Assembly (NCBI GenBank): GCA_002633005.1
Contig: NMRA01000339.1
Location: forward strand, 82,685-146,684
Length of the DNA: 64,000 nt
Origin: Phoronis australis
Taxonomy: Eukaryota > Animalia > Phoronida
Direction of reading: 5' to 3'
Each line of letters opens with the position of its first letter. The first letter of the stretch is position 1. A program made the translations under genes and the position numbers. A model generated the notes under the pieces. The model saw only the letters and a program-made list of their open reading frames with translations, was not told where the DNA came from and did no database searches. Below are positions 25,996-39,230 of this stretch, in pieces.

Positions 25996-28900
25996 GAATG
26001 ATTTACTGAGTTGAATTGTGACCTCCAAACAGAGCTCGAGACACCAATGTAGGAAAACTTGTAATTGCGGGTGGATATTTTCGTTTTTGCGCCGTTCCTT
26101 TTCAATTATTTACGCCATTAACGAATATGGCAATATCGTCCGAGGCTAAATGTTTTTTTTGTTGTGTTGTTTACCGGCAGCAGACAGAAAAAAGTTTATC
26201 AATACTGCGGCTTGCAATCTATGAGGCGTTTGCAAGAAAATCACTCACTAAAATTGCTGCATAGATCCTAACCACCTCACTATTGACACCGATTGTGTGG
26301 TAGACCTCTCGTGGAAGTTCATTGGCACTGGACAGGTGCCCGACACTGGAATTGTGGCCGCAAGATTGATCTAACAAAATCTTTGGGGCCGGGACCCTCT
26401 TTCACTGCAGATTGGGCAGTAATCATTTAGACGCATTGGGTCTTAAAACAGCTAGCTTCTTCTTGTTGGACACGCCGGTACGGAGTATACGGACTGCATT
26501 GCATGAGAGTTACCAAATTGATTCTATATAATTCTCCGCTTAATTGGCACAAGAGTGGTCGCCAAAAATTGTCTCTTTTCTATTTAACAACATTGATTCC
26601 GTTCCTGTAAATATTAGAAACATGACTTATGTCAACAGGTTAGCTTGAAAAACATGAAAGCCAGGACATTTGTAACCTACTGCAGACGATTGTTATTTTA
26701 CGGAGGTTTAACGATATACGAGCATGGAATTTGAATTGTTCGTTGTCGTTGAAACCTGCTTTGAATAACGCAATATTCATCAAATGAAAATTGGACCTAA
26801 TGGACTCGGACTGTATCAAAAATTGATCCATTGACCAGTACCTTCTGTCGTTACTGCACCGGAAGTGGAGTATACAGCCACACTAATCTAAATGTACCTA
26901 AGGTGGTACTGAACAGTTAGACTGCAACTGCAGCCACTTTTCTAGACGCTATAGGACCTACGCTAGGACCTAGCTAAAAACCTAATCAAAGTCACGTGTT
27001 CTCATTACAAATGCACTGCTATATCTCACGTAATCTCGCGAAGTCTTGCTTTTTAGCGAGGTCCTAGCGTTACTGAGCGGGAGGCTGGTTTCTGATCATG
27101 TCGGGAATGAGAAAGGACCACTTGCTCAGCTGCAATTGCACTCTTCTTCAAGATGGCGGCCTCCTCGGTTTCATCTGCGCATTGCTGAATAGCAACCGAG
27201 GAATCGGCTACGATTTCAGGTAGCCAGAATTGCAAAATACATAATTATTTTGACAGCATTTTTGGACCACATTTTTGAATGTGTAGAAAATTTGCTTTCA
27301 GAATCTAATGCGTGCTTACATGTATGTCGCACCATAGGCACCAAAGTGGTGGTTTGGAGGTAAAAAGTGTCATTTTTGTTCTTTTTGACAATTTTTTAGC
27401 CAACCTTTATTTTCAATAGGAATGAAACGAGCAAAAATAAAACGCCCAAGACACAATGCATTTTTGCTCATTTGTAGAACTTTTGAATGACTCAAAACCT
27501 TTCATTCTTTGCATACGATTCTTGACAGAGTGAAGAAAAGTTGACAAGTCCACCAATGTGTGTTCTGCTAGGCAAAACCCAGTGAGAACTGGTCTGTGCC
27601 CCCTAAAATAGGAAATGCAATCAATAATGGGCAGCACACAATCTGGTTTACAAATTGACAAATAATAAAAAATCCAAGTTTATGTAAAAAGAAGTAGCAG
27701 AAAGATTTGGTTAGAGCATGTTTCGACTCTTCGTAATATTTTAAAATTACTAACAGTGACTACCGGTTACATAAATTCAAACCACGAAAAAGTGGATAGT
27801 TAAAAAATTTCTCTCAAGCTATCAATTCTAGTCAATTAGGTCGCGGGAAAACATGAATATTACAATCACTCTCCGTCATGTCAGCAAAAGCTTTTGCTGA
27901 CACTAACACAGTTTTTCATTTCTGTTATTTGTCGCTAAGCAGTTGTTCCATGAGATTGGGGCACTTGAAATGTGTATCTTCAATTTTGGAGTGAATACAA
28001 AGAAAAAGTGAATCACAAGATATAACACATATGGCAGACCTCATGATCAGCTCAATATAATTCATAATATAGCTCAATATAGTTCATACTATACAAACAC
28101 GGAGTGAAATAAATTCATCGTTAGAATATTTAACAAGTGGTTTCTTTTATTTTGACCTACGTTAGTAGTATCTGATGCAAATTAGGCAAACAACCAGAGG
28201 AATCATATATCGGTGAAAGCTAATGTGAGTTACGGAAATGTAACCTCGCCTAACCCATAAGGTTTTTACTCCCAACACCACTGAGACCAGCATTCATAAC
28301 CAAAAAAACTTAACCGTTTAAAGCGTGTAAAAGCAAAGATTGACCATCTTCTGTTATTTAGTAGAATAGCCGCGAGAACCCCTAATCGTGTTCCCGGACT
28401 TGAAAGTGCAATACAAAACACATTGGCACCCAAAGAACCTAACTGATTGATTCGATTTGACATCTGAATGGACTCATAAACTTAGAATCGAAGAGATCTC
28501 GCTGTCTGTAGACGATAACGTACCCCAAAATCTCTTTGTGAGTGTATGCACTTCTTACTATTAGTTTCGTTCAAATATCAAATGGACACATCAAAAAGAG
28601 CTGTTGTACATGTAATGTGGGCGGCGTAACACTGAAATAAGTGGGGGCAATAGCCACCAACCTCCCTGTACATCACGCGGCGGACATTAAAATCCAAAGC
28701 GAGGCTCACTGCGATAAACAAAGCGGAAGTGGGCATTGCGTGAGTTAAACGGCTGGTCTTTCGAGTCCAACCTGGATATTAAATTTTAAAAATGTGTCGA
28801 TAATTAACTACAGGGACGTAGAAAAATACATAAGAAAACAAGTAAATGTACCAAGGAGACTTGTCTGGCGAAAGGGTACAAGTTTTTTCGGAAAACTAGG

Positions 28901-30245
28901 TTCGAAACATGAAAAGTAATTGTGACCAAATTGCGGCGATCGTGTTACGGATTAGGTATACCGGTATGCTAAATGCAGGGTTACATTTCTTCTTGTAAAT
29001 TGTTGATAGAAATGCTTTCAACACGAACCGGGTCATCTGCTCGCATTTTTGACGAGTTGAAGATATAGTCGATAGTGGTGACTCATCGTATTTTGCAGTC
29101 ATGTGCAAGTCACATCTGGTTTAATTTGTTGATCAAGAATATTAACATCAAGCATAGCCTAGGTCCTGGTAGTGAGGTAGGAACAACCGGGACTAACAGT
29201 TGATTTGTCATTGATTTGCATGAATGATTGATGTTATTAATTATATGTTTTATTAAAATAAAAACCGGGCTAGTAATTGAAACTAAAAATTATTTGACCA
29301 TCAATTCTTCTTTCTTGGTTTTAATTATTCTTACATCTATTTCATGTGTTAGGTTTCAAATACGGATCTGGACTAAGATGAATTTTAAAATTAAAAATAT
29401 AATTCGTTCGACCAAACCATAAGCTGAAAAAATAACCCATCTCGTTTTAGAGCTCACTTTCAGTTAACTGGACAGAGCAAGCATAATTATGATGTTTCTT
29501 CAGGGGCCTCGTTCATCCGAGGGGAAAGGTGCCTACGGTGCCTTTCGAGAGGGGAATTTTTCGCCGAGTGAGGGGGAAAATCTACCTCCCGATCACCATC
29601 AATAGCGCCCTCGCCCTGTTTCAAGCTGTCATAGGCTCTGTCAAATTGTCAGCTGTGTGGTTTCAGGTGATTTGAACTTCGGGGATTGTTCTAAAACCCC
29701 CTAGACCCCCACACCCCTCGGCCCACGACCCCCTCGACCCACGACCTGTGGCAATTGAGGTGTTTTTGCGCTTTTTACATACATCATTATCTCATTACGT
29801 CTCTGAGTGACTTTCCTTGAAGACGTGGTAGAAGAGAGGTCGACGATCATTGGCCTCGCAGATGTTTGCGAAAATAAAAGCCAAAGAAAAGCACATTCAC
29901 TTAAGAAAATCGAAGACTTTTATAAAAAAACTACAGACAACAGCTGAAGTGTTGTCTGAGATAAAATCAGTGTAAGTTTCAGTTGAACGTTGGACATTTC
30001 CACATGATTCATTCTTCATTGTCGCCAATTTTGTCTCTTTATTGTAATTATCCAGTGTTAGGTATGGGACTGTCGTTAAAGACATTTTATGTATTTTACC
30101 ACTTTTGAAAAATAATCTTGCATGGGCGGGCACCATAGGAGGCCGGGGGCTATAGCCCTCACTTATTTCGAAAATAAGTAGGGATGTGTCCATGCAACGC
30201 CCATAATTTAAGAACTAAGTCCCTAATCATTTTGACTGAATTAAA

Positions 30246-30751
30246 AGGGCCTTTCATACTAACGTCGACGCGTCGATGGTTTGGGGAGTTGCGGTCAGTA
30301 TGAACGCTCAACTCCGGTCCTGGATCGCAGTTAACAGCTCCAGTTAACATCGCAGTTAACAGGTGGATTTAAGACAGCAACGTCGACGCCGCGGTGCGGT
30401 ATGAACGCTCAACTCCGGTCCAATCGAAGTTATCGCCAGGTGCCTCTGTTATCGTCAACAATTACAGAGTAGTGCCGTCCCTAATGACTACTTATTTTTT
30501 GCTTTGATGATAACCAATCGTTTTAAAAATGAGTTTAATGTCATTTAGCACATTTAAATGTTCCAAATTGTCCCATTGAAAAAACTTAGCGTGCAACGCT
30601 ACCTTGCGATAACTTCGATGACGTCAGCGTCACCAACCCTTTACTTCGATGGTCCGATTCACTACCGAAGCCAGTATGAACGGTCCAGTTAACTGCGCTA
30701 TTTACGTCGATGCTCCACTCAGACCGGAGTTAAGTCAATATGAAAGGGCCT
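30246..30751. mobile_element. PIF/Harbinger-like MITE, copy 1
   Basis: TIR AGGGCCTTTCATA / TATGAAAGGGCCT; separated from copy 2 by TTA. Confidence 0.75.
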
Positions 30752-30754
30752 TTA

Positions 30755-31757
30755 AGGGTCTTTCATACTAACGTCGACGCGTCGATGGTTTGGGGAGTTG
30801 CGGTCAGCCTGAACGCTTACTCCGGTCTAATCGAAGTTATCGCCATGTGCTACTGTTATCGTCAACACTTACAGAGTAGTGCTGTCACTAATAACTACTT
30901 ATTTTTTTCCTCTAATGATAACCAATCGATTTAAAAATGAGTTTAATGTCATTTAGCACATTTAAATGTTCCCAAATTGTCACATTGAAAAAATCTTAGC
31001 GTGCAGCGCTACCTTGCGATAACTTCGATGACGTCAGCGTCACCAACCCTTTACTTCGATGGTCATTAACTACCGAAGCCAGTATGAACGGTCCAGTTAA
31101 CTNTGACTTTTAATCGAAGCCTTAGTGAATCACTCAGAAACTCATAATTCTCTCTTTCTCAAACCTTAACTGAAGACGATTTCCAAAGCAATCCCGTCAT
31201 TATTGCCAACACGAAAAACGGATTTGGTCTTTTGGACATTTTAAGACTATTTTAAATACAACAAATTTGTTAAGAACAGATTGCACAAAATATAAAACGT
31301 GTAATAAGTAGGTTTCGCGCGCAAACGCTGTGGACTATAAGCAAGTAGGTCTCTTGTTATAAGGTTAATAGCTGAGTCGTTGTGGTGTGGTGGTAAAGCA
31401 CGCGCGCTCTGTCCGTCAGGTCGTGAGTTCGAGTCTATGGTAGTTGAAGGTTGTCCTGTATGACTCGTTCTCCGTGTTTTTTTTTGCCTGTTTTTCTTGG
31501 ATAATACATCAGGAAACAAAAAAAATGCTTGATTTTTAGAGGAAAAAACAGAAAAATTTCCTGGGCGGGAGGGAAGCCCCCCTTCCGACCTCCCCCCATT
31601 CGGTGCTATGCGCATCTACAATCGTGGTTTGCGCAAATGCTTACAGCCGGACAACATGTTGCCCCCCCCCTTGTGATATCCTAGATCCGCCACTGTAACT
31701 GCGCTGTTTACGTCGACGCTTCGCTCAGACCGGAGTTTAGTCAATGTGAAAGGGCCT
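30755..31757. mobile_element. PIF/Harbinger-like MITE, copy 2 (head-to-tail with copy 1), interrupted at 31103-31695
   Basis: Colinear with copy 1 up to TAACT at 31102; resumes at TAACT 31696; ends GTGAAAGGGCCT. Confidence 0.8.
31104..31695 (-). mobile_element. Partial copy of the 1-kb CAGTGGCGGATCTAGG element, TSD TAACT
   Basis: Reverse complement is colinear with 39731-40345; cut at the single N at 31103. Confidence 0.88.
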
Positions 31758-34700
31758 ATAGGCTCAATTTTCAGTTATATTACTTGAAAACGTCATTAGT
31801 CAAAGAAGAGGTCTTCTCAGGGAACTTAGTCGAGTCCCTATTTGGGACTGTTTCATGCAACCGGGCACGGAGGTCAGTCCTCCGTTTCTCTCAGAAAAGG
31901 TGCGTTGTTCCTGGTTCGATTATATACGACTAGTTTATGGTTCGCTTGAAGCGTGTGGCTCTAGTGTCTGCTGCTAGTTGTGCCGGTTGCTACAGCTGTA
32001 CAGACCCAGCGGAGCCGAAGGTGAGTCGACAATCTGACGGAGCCAAACCCGGTTTTGGATCGATGGGGTTGTGGGTCGAGGTGGTCAAGGGGTGTGGGCG
32101 TCGAGAGATGTGGTGGTCAAGGGGGTTTTAGAACTATCCGGGGGAAATTTTTCACTTTAGGGGAATTTTTAAGCCTCGTTGGGGAAATATCGCGTGATTT
32201 TTCAATACTTTTGAGATGGGAATAGGGCCGATATTTGGCCCCAAAATTGAGGGATTGAGACCCCGGTTCTTTTTGGAAAAAGTGCATCATGTTTCTACCC
32301 GTAGTCATGAAAACACAGCCTGGCTGGCCGGAGATTCACCGGTTGTAATTGCTATGATGCTCGGCAACCGAGATGCGACAAAATATAATAAAACTTTTCG
32401 AAAACATTTATAAATTTTACACGGAAATATTTTCCTTCGTCGCGGCGTATGGCAACGACCCAACGCTTCCGAATCTCAACGTCCTTAGGGATTGTATAAA
32501 AAGACAGTTGAGTGTCCGTATATTTTCTATCGCCGTTCCAGCAACGCGGAACACATTTAATGGAGCTACATGTATGGTAGGGAGTCTCACTTTGGAACGC
32601 GCTTCCTGTCTGCGTGAAATAAGTCCGATGGTGCGCCGCCCATGCTTACACTTGACATCCGTCAATTTTGGGTTTGTGCTTGTGGCATCTCGCAACGGTA
32701 ACTAGGCCTGTGACGGAAGGCTTAACTGTGTTTGTCGAAACTATCCTGTAAATTGCTTTGGCTTCTCATTGTTGCATTTCGCCGGGTCAGCTTTATTCAA
32801 ACTACCGTCGCAGCTGCGACTGATGTTTGTCACGATGTCGTTGGTTTACTGCGTATGTCATTTTAGAGACGATGTCTTGGGGATATTATCTCTGGACTCG
32901 AAATCGTGGATAATTATCTAATCCTTGTTAGTATTTGGTGACCTCAGCATAAAGCTAGAAAAAATCTAGTTTTCACTCGAGTTGGTAGCTCAAATTGAGA
33001 AGTCGTAAAGTAAAAACTTTGACTAGAAACTCGCCTGCGTTGATCATGCGGCAGTCAAGCACAGAATAGTAGACTCTTTTGAGCATGTACGCAGAACTGA
33101 AGGTCCCAAAAATAATTTCGACATCGATTTCAAATTTGGAGATTAGACAACGCTTCCAGTGGCACTGTCATTTCAGTGTCGTGATGATAAAGTCTCTCAA
33201 GATGAGGTAAAATTTAGTCTACCAAGCATTCAAAACAGCTTTTAATACTATTGCATAAAAAGCTTTCATTTAACGTTAGACGTTATCATACATGTACATT
33301 GGACACACGGCGTGTAATGATCTCTCGCAGCGGTTGTCCATGCACTTGCAGGGCGGGTCAATTCAAGATCATTTTGTGCACCAACATAGTAGACAATACC
33401 AGAAATGACACATTTCAGATAAATATTTTGGAATTGTTATTGATCAGTCACGAAAAACTTGTGTAGAATGAGCAGCTCACAAGTGTGTACAGCAGTCTGG
33501 CAGGATGCTTCGTTAGGCTTGTGTGCTTCCTACCGTGGGTTGCATTCACACTCTCTGCTTGTATGACCCTCTTCCTGCTGTCATGTTTAATTTCACTGTT
33601 TATTTCTCTTCGTATAAGTTCATTCCACCATAGACTGTTGACAGCAGATTCGCAACTCCGACATTTTTGCGTAGTATCCTAGAGGAGGCGCCACTCTCCT
33701 AAATTGCCAATTTCAGTTTCCGGTTAGTGTATTGTAACGGGAAATTCTCGCATCTATTTTACTGTCCAGTACAAGGAAAAAACATAATTTCGGTATTGAA
33801 ATGCTGTTAAAAGTCTTCCAATAGTAGAACTGTTGGTATAGTGAGTACGTTTAGAACCCGACCACACAACAGCCGACCATGATTAGCAGACGACGTATTT
33901 GCCGGAAGTTTCGCTAGTGAATAATGGCGTCAGGGCTTCTGCGTAAGATCACAGATTTCGTCCACTGAAAATATACGAAGTTGGCGGTCCATGTACTATA
34001 GGCAACGATTCCGCTTATTGCCTGATGATGAGACATGCGGTGTCGAAATATACCTGTAGCTAATGTTCAAGTTTAATTTGCTTGCTGTGTCTTTCGGTGA
34101 TTCGCTTCATAGCTGCACACCTGAAGAAAGGAGATTGTTTCGACACTATGAGAGACTCTATATGAAGCTTTCAAACAAAAAGTTTAGTCGTGTTTTTAAC
34201 GAAGTTAGTGTTAACTAAGGGCTGCTACCGAACTATACTGATTTTAAGATAATGAACTTGCGTTTCCAGTGACACTGAATAATTTATATAAATGACTGCT
34301 CGACTAAGCACTGCTGTTCCGTCACCGATGGTTTTGCTCTGGTATAACAGCAACAGTTAACGGTCCATATGATTTACTCATTTGATGTCACCACATGCTG
34401 AAAATCAGAAAAAAATGTCATTTCCTGTGCAAATCGAAACGTGCACAAGAAGCACGTGAAGGTCTTTAACGTGCATTAATACATTGTGAGACTTTTTGCA
34501 TTTGAACGAAGAAGCCCAGACCATTGAACATCATGTTGAAGAAACTGATTTTTGATTTAGAGCACTTACCGCTATAAAATAGGACTCAACTTGGCCCTTA
34601 GTCAGATGAGAACTAATATTAAGTCATTCAAATACCCTACAGTTCGTTATTGCTCAACAGCATGCTCGGACAGGCCGTGTCAAGTCAACTTGTAGAGCCT

Positions 34701-36124
34701 GATCTTATAAGCAATAACGAAGTTCAGCCATTTTACCAAGCCCCGATATCACATGCTTTTAACTAATTTTAAACGGTACACTGTAAGTGGCCTAAGTCAA
34801 GAGTTGCTTTTGTGATGAAAGCGGGTTAATGGGCCGCTTATTAATTTCTAAAATGCCTGTAGCAGCTGTGACGGGGGAGCATATAATATTTATTGCTGCT
34901 TGTTTAAAGGACAATAAACTAACGGGTCTTTTGCCATAAAACTACTTCTGAATTAGGTTGTCTACCGTTATAAAATCGGATTCATCCTCAAGAGTACAAC
35001 TAAAACAATCATATACGCACGAACTTTGCATCATAAGTCAGAAGCAGTGAACTATCCTTTCGAATCATGGACTCCTACGCATACGCCGTAGGAACATCAT
35101 GGCACGGAAAGCAAGCATTCGAACAACATACTCAAACGTTCGAACAAATAACAAGCTGTTCGCACATATGGTTCGATGATCGTGCTTCTAATTGTTGTTC
35201 GAAAGCTTTTCTGGCTCGTTTGCACGATTTTTAGGTAGGTTAGTTGTAGTTGAATGTTAACAAACGGTAGATAGGACTGTGAATCAGCCGCCAGATCAAC
35301 CGCTGAGACCAAATATGCACAAAGGCGCCTTATTGATCCACCCACCTGCACTCTGTTTGATAACGCCGCAGGGGTAGGTCAATTACACTGGAAACTTTCC
35401 CCTGGCGCTGAAGATAACCGTTGACTAAAAATATAATGAAAATCCCGAAAATCAAACGAAAACGTTCTTACCTCAGTGCCAATAAACTTTAGCCTGTTTG
35501 GTGCTCTTTCATCCTCACAGCGTAATTTAATTCATAAAAAATCCCTTTCCAGTCATGCTTTTTGCCGACACAGCAAGACAAATAACTTTCATAACATACA
35601 AACTTGGTAAAATAAGCAACACGTGTCACTGTTGACTATTGTTATTCCATTCCGTTCGTATCCTCTGAACAAAGTTCGACATGCAACAAAACATTCGTAA
35701 AGTAACTGACGTAAGTGACGCAGCAATGCCACCACAGTGCAAAAGCTAATAACATACACAGTATGACACGGCATGTGTGAAATACTGCGCATTTATAACA
35801 AAAACTGAAAGACAGGTTATCAGCCGGCCAAAAATTAACAAGCCTCCTAAAGTGTTGATGACACAGTCATGTTAGACACATAACACAATTATTTAAAAAT
35901 GCCACTAACCACTGTTCGGTGGGTTTCTAAACTCAGAATTGCTCAGTAACTAAGTTATTGATGTCTTAAGCGAGGATTATTCTCTTTATACTTGGCTTAT
36001 GATAACGAGATAGCTAAATGGGTCGTTAATAACACACCACTCCCATTGGTTAATGTGTGCTAATTGGTTTACATGAACCAATGAAAAGTCAGGTCACATA
36101 AAATAGCAACTTCCTGTTCGGTCT

Positions 36125-36711
36125 CGCTGGTTCCCTGCGTGCTTAGCCCAGCCAGCACGCAGGTATCACCTAGTGGCACGCGCTTTAGCATTGGTCGATG
36201 TAATCTTGGCAGTCATTGGTTAGCTTTACAACACCTTGAAAAAATGGCGGACTGTGAACGATTTTTAGCCTTGTCATGCAAGTGGCGTCGCAGCAACTAT
36301 TTCGTTTCTGCAGTGATGTTAATAGCCGCGTGCTTGAAACACATACATGCACAATAAACACACATTATGTGGCCGATTTAACGGGTGTGTTATTCATAGT
36401 GTATAAGGACATTATCGTAAACAAAAGTCATCGACAGTAGAAAGATGCATTCCGAAAAGGCTCAGTCACAATTTCTAGGCTTCACGTTTCCTGAACATAA
36501 ATTTTAAGCACCGATTTGTCTGTACAGCAGACCACATTTACACTTCAGTCCATCAGCCATGCCAGTTTGTTTGCGCAAAGCGCTGCCTGTTGACGAATCG
36601 ACTAGCCAATCAGAAACGCCGGTGTAAAAAAATTTACAGAGGAAATTTAAGTGATACCTGCGTGCTGGCGCGGCTACCGCCCCACCTAGCGGCACGCAGG
36701 GAACCAGCGTA
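36125..36711. mobile_element. About 590-bp TIR element flanked by the direct repeat CCTGTTCGGTCT
   Basis: CGCTGGTTCCCTGCGTGC / GCACGCAGGGAACCAGCG plus an inner inverted pair GCCAGCACGCAGGTATCAC / GTGATACCTGCGTGCTGGC; direct repeat at 36113-36124 and 36712-36723. Confidence 0.8.
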
Positions 36712-37952
36712 CCTGTTCGGTCTGTCTGCTTCCAGAGAAGCCACGTGTGGTTATTATGCATATTTATTTATACAGTTAGTTATTTAAATTAATGACGTTT
36801 ATTTGATTGTTTTCCACTTAAACGGCTGCTACGAACAAGGTGAATGTCGGTTGACTACCAGATTTTGCATGTACCCAGCCAGTCCGTTAGCTCTAAATGT
36901 TGATATAAGTTTCACGACAACTGAGGTGACAAGCATAACTACCCGGGTAGTCAACGGGTCATGTGGAATTTTGGGGTCGAACGGAGCTCAACACACAGTA
37001 GTTATAGTCTTTATACAGCCATAGTAGTAACTAACCAACCCTTAAAAGTTTACACAGCTGAGTATTGGCTGGAAGCTAGCTGGCTGGCTAGAGTAAAGTC
37101 CGCGCTGCCCACAGTCGCACCAATGCAAATTGTTGATACGGGCTGGTTGCACTGTCATATTTTCGTTTAACGATGGTGGGGTAACATTTTGTGTTGCCTC
37201 GGCTCAAACAAGTATACTTGATGACCCGACATTTCACTCTAAATTTTTTTATTCCGACAATTTGAAGAACGCCACTTGACTGCACGCTAAAATATGACAC
37301 TGACTTTACCCCCACCAAATACATGTACGTCACGAGAAGAAGCGCTCCACGCGGGTGATTCTTTTAAATTTCGCTAGAAAATGTAAGGTCACTTTTTGCT
37401 GTTGAAATATTTGTGAAATTAATCAACAACTCATTCAGAATAAATACAGCTCCCTTTTAAATGATGAAGCGCAATAATCACATGTTCAACAAACGGCATT
37501 AATTGTACCGACGTTCATACGCTATAAAAATACGCACAGTTGCAATAAAACGACATATTCAATTCAGTACAATTTATCTGTCATATTTTCTCACTTGTAA
37601 ATCGTCGATCTCTAGTTTGAATGCGGGTAAGGGATCCTTTGACTTGGACATTATATACTCAGTTACACGTGGTAACCTACTTTTAGCACACGGAAGCTTA
37701 GCAGGATAAGATGTGTAATAAGCCTAACTAGGTGCTTAAAATATTTTACAGATTCTCACTTTATTTATACTTTGTTTAAATTTCAGTTAGTTTTAAGTAA
37801 AAAGTTTTAAGTAAAAACTTTATTTTTACAAGATTAAGTCGACATTTCACCACCACCGACCACCTCTGACAGAAAGTAGTAACAAAAGCCGAGACGAGTA
37901 GAGAAAGATGGATCGATTCATTGCAATGTTTATCATTCCGTATGTGGCATAA

Positions 37953-38120
37953 ATAGATTATTACATGTCCTCAGACGTTATCCCCCTAATCTAGAACCTT
38001 CTTGTATTTTGTAGAAATTATCACCCACGGCCGGGCTAACGCCTCTCGGACGATAATTCTCCAAAATCCACTCGGGCTCTAGATTTCGGGGGATAACGAC
38101 TTCGCCATGTAATAATCTAT
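37953..38120. repeat. 168-bp palindromic (foldback) repeat
   Basis: ATAGATTATTACATG...CATGTAATAATCTAT with internal pairing (GTTATCCCCC/GGGGGATAAC, ATCTAGA/TCTAGAT, AATTATC/GATAATT). Confidence 0.85.
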
Positions 38121-39230
38121 ATTTAGATGTGATACGGCGGAGATTTTGAAAATGGTCTTGGGATGAAATAGATTATTTTTCGTCTGTTTTTCAAAAATAT
38201 AAAATCCGACTTTTTTACAGATCTGGGTATTGGCTAGCTATAGCAGTGTTACAGGTGTATTTTCGACGATATCTAACCAATCACGTGCAATCACGATAAG
38301 CGTACAGAGGCTATGCTTAAATTAAAATTTCTCAGCCGCACGGTCCAATGATGAATTTGTCTTCAGAATAAACGGCATGTGAACGATATGGTGCTGATAG
38401 CTAAATAACAACATGGCAGAAACACGAAAAATGTAAATATCTAAAAATATTAGTGCCCCATTCAAGTAGCTTGTCACTTTTTACCAACATACTTTCTCCC
38501 TAGTAACTGCTGTATCGATTTTGTATTGTTACACAAAGTGGTGATATCATGGTGCACTCAACAATTTAGTATTGTTACACAGAGTGGTAATATCTCTCTT
38601 TGATGCATTCTGCGATTTAAACTTAAAAATTCTGTTGATATTGAAGAAAAAATGCATCATTTGAGAATCTTGGATTGCGCCTTAAAATAATTTTGTTAAT
38701 GTTTTAATCTATTATGAAACATAGTGAGAGTCAACATTGTAAATGCTATTGCCAGAAACAGGTCAGGTGCGCTTCAATAAGGACACCATTCAACATTTTT
38801 CAATGTATATTTTCACACAAAGCGCAACAAAAGAATTTAATAACAATTTTTAGCAGTTTATTGCAACATCGAGTGAAAAATCGGACATGTGTAAGGTGCA
38901 TTTCGTTGCTGTTTAGCTGTCAACGCCAAATTCTTAACCGAGGCAATCTGGAATTTAAAACATTACCGACTTGTTGACGAATGGGTGGGAAAGTCTAACC
39001 AAAGCAATACGTGCATACGTCATTTTGACCAACCAACTCTAAAGCTGATATTTTCAATATTCTTGAGCATAAGATTCTTAATCCATTTTTGTTTCCGACA
39101 GATAAATACTGAGCAAAAGTAGTTGTGCAATTAATTCCTTTTTGTTTGCCCCGTCCGAAGATACTGAAAAAACATCGTTGGAGCCTGGATTAGTATTGGT
39201 CCATTCTGCGCTTAGTGTAGTCGTTGTAGT

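Larger units (their letters stand above)
29683..32139. mobile_element. Inner element bounded by about 65-bp imperfect inverted repeats (GGATWGTTCTAAAACCCCC...)
   Basis: 29683-29745 matches the reverse complement of about 32065-32139. Confidence 0.65.
29501..32266. mobile_element. Outer non-autonomous DNA element with 5-bp TSD TTCTT, containing nested insertions
   Basis: CAGGGGCCTC / GAGACCCCGG termini (8 of 10 inverted match); TTCTT at 29496-29500 and 32267-32271; GGGGAA(A)TTTT subterminal motifs in both halves. Confidence 0.6.

Noticed and set aside
31374-31445. Functional tRNA gene
   Set aside because: A/B-box-like motifs are present but the acceptor and anticodon stems do not close; reported only as a tRNA-like cassette.
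31247-31615. 122-aa ORF with a paralog at 39814-40020
   Set aside because: Both lie in copies of the same MITE; the frames are not conserved between copies and there is no transposase motif.
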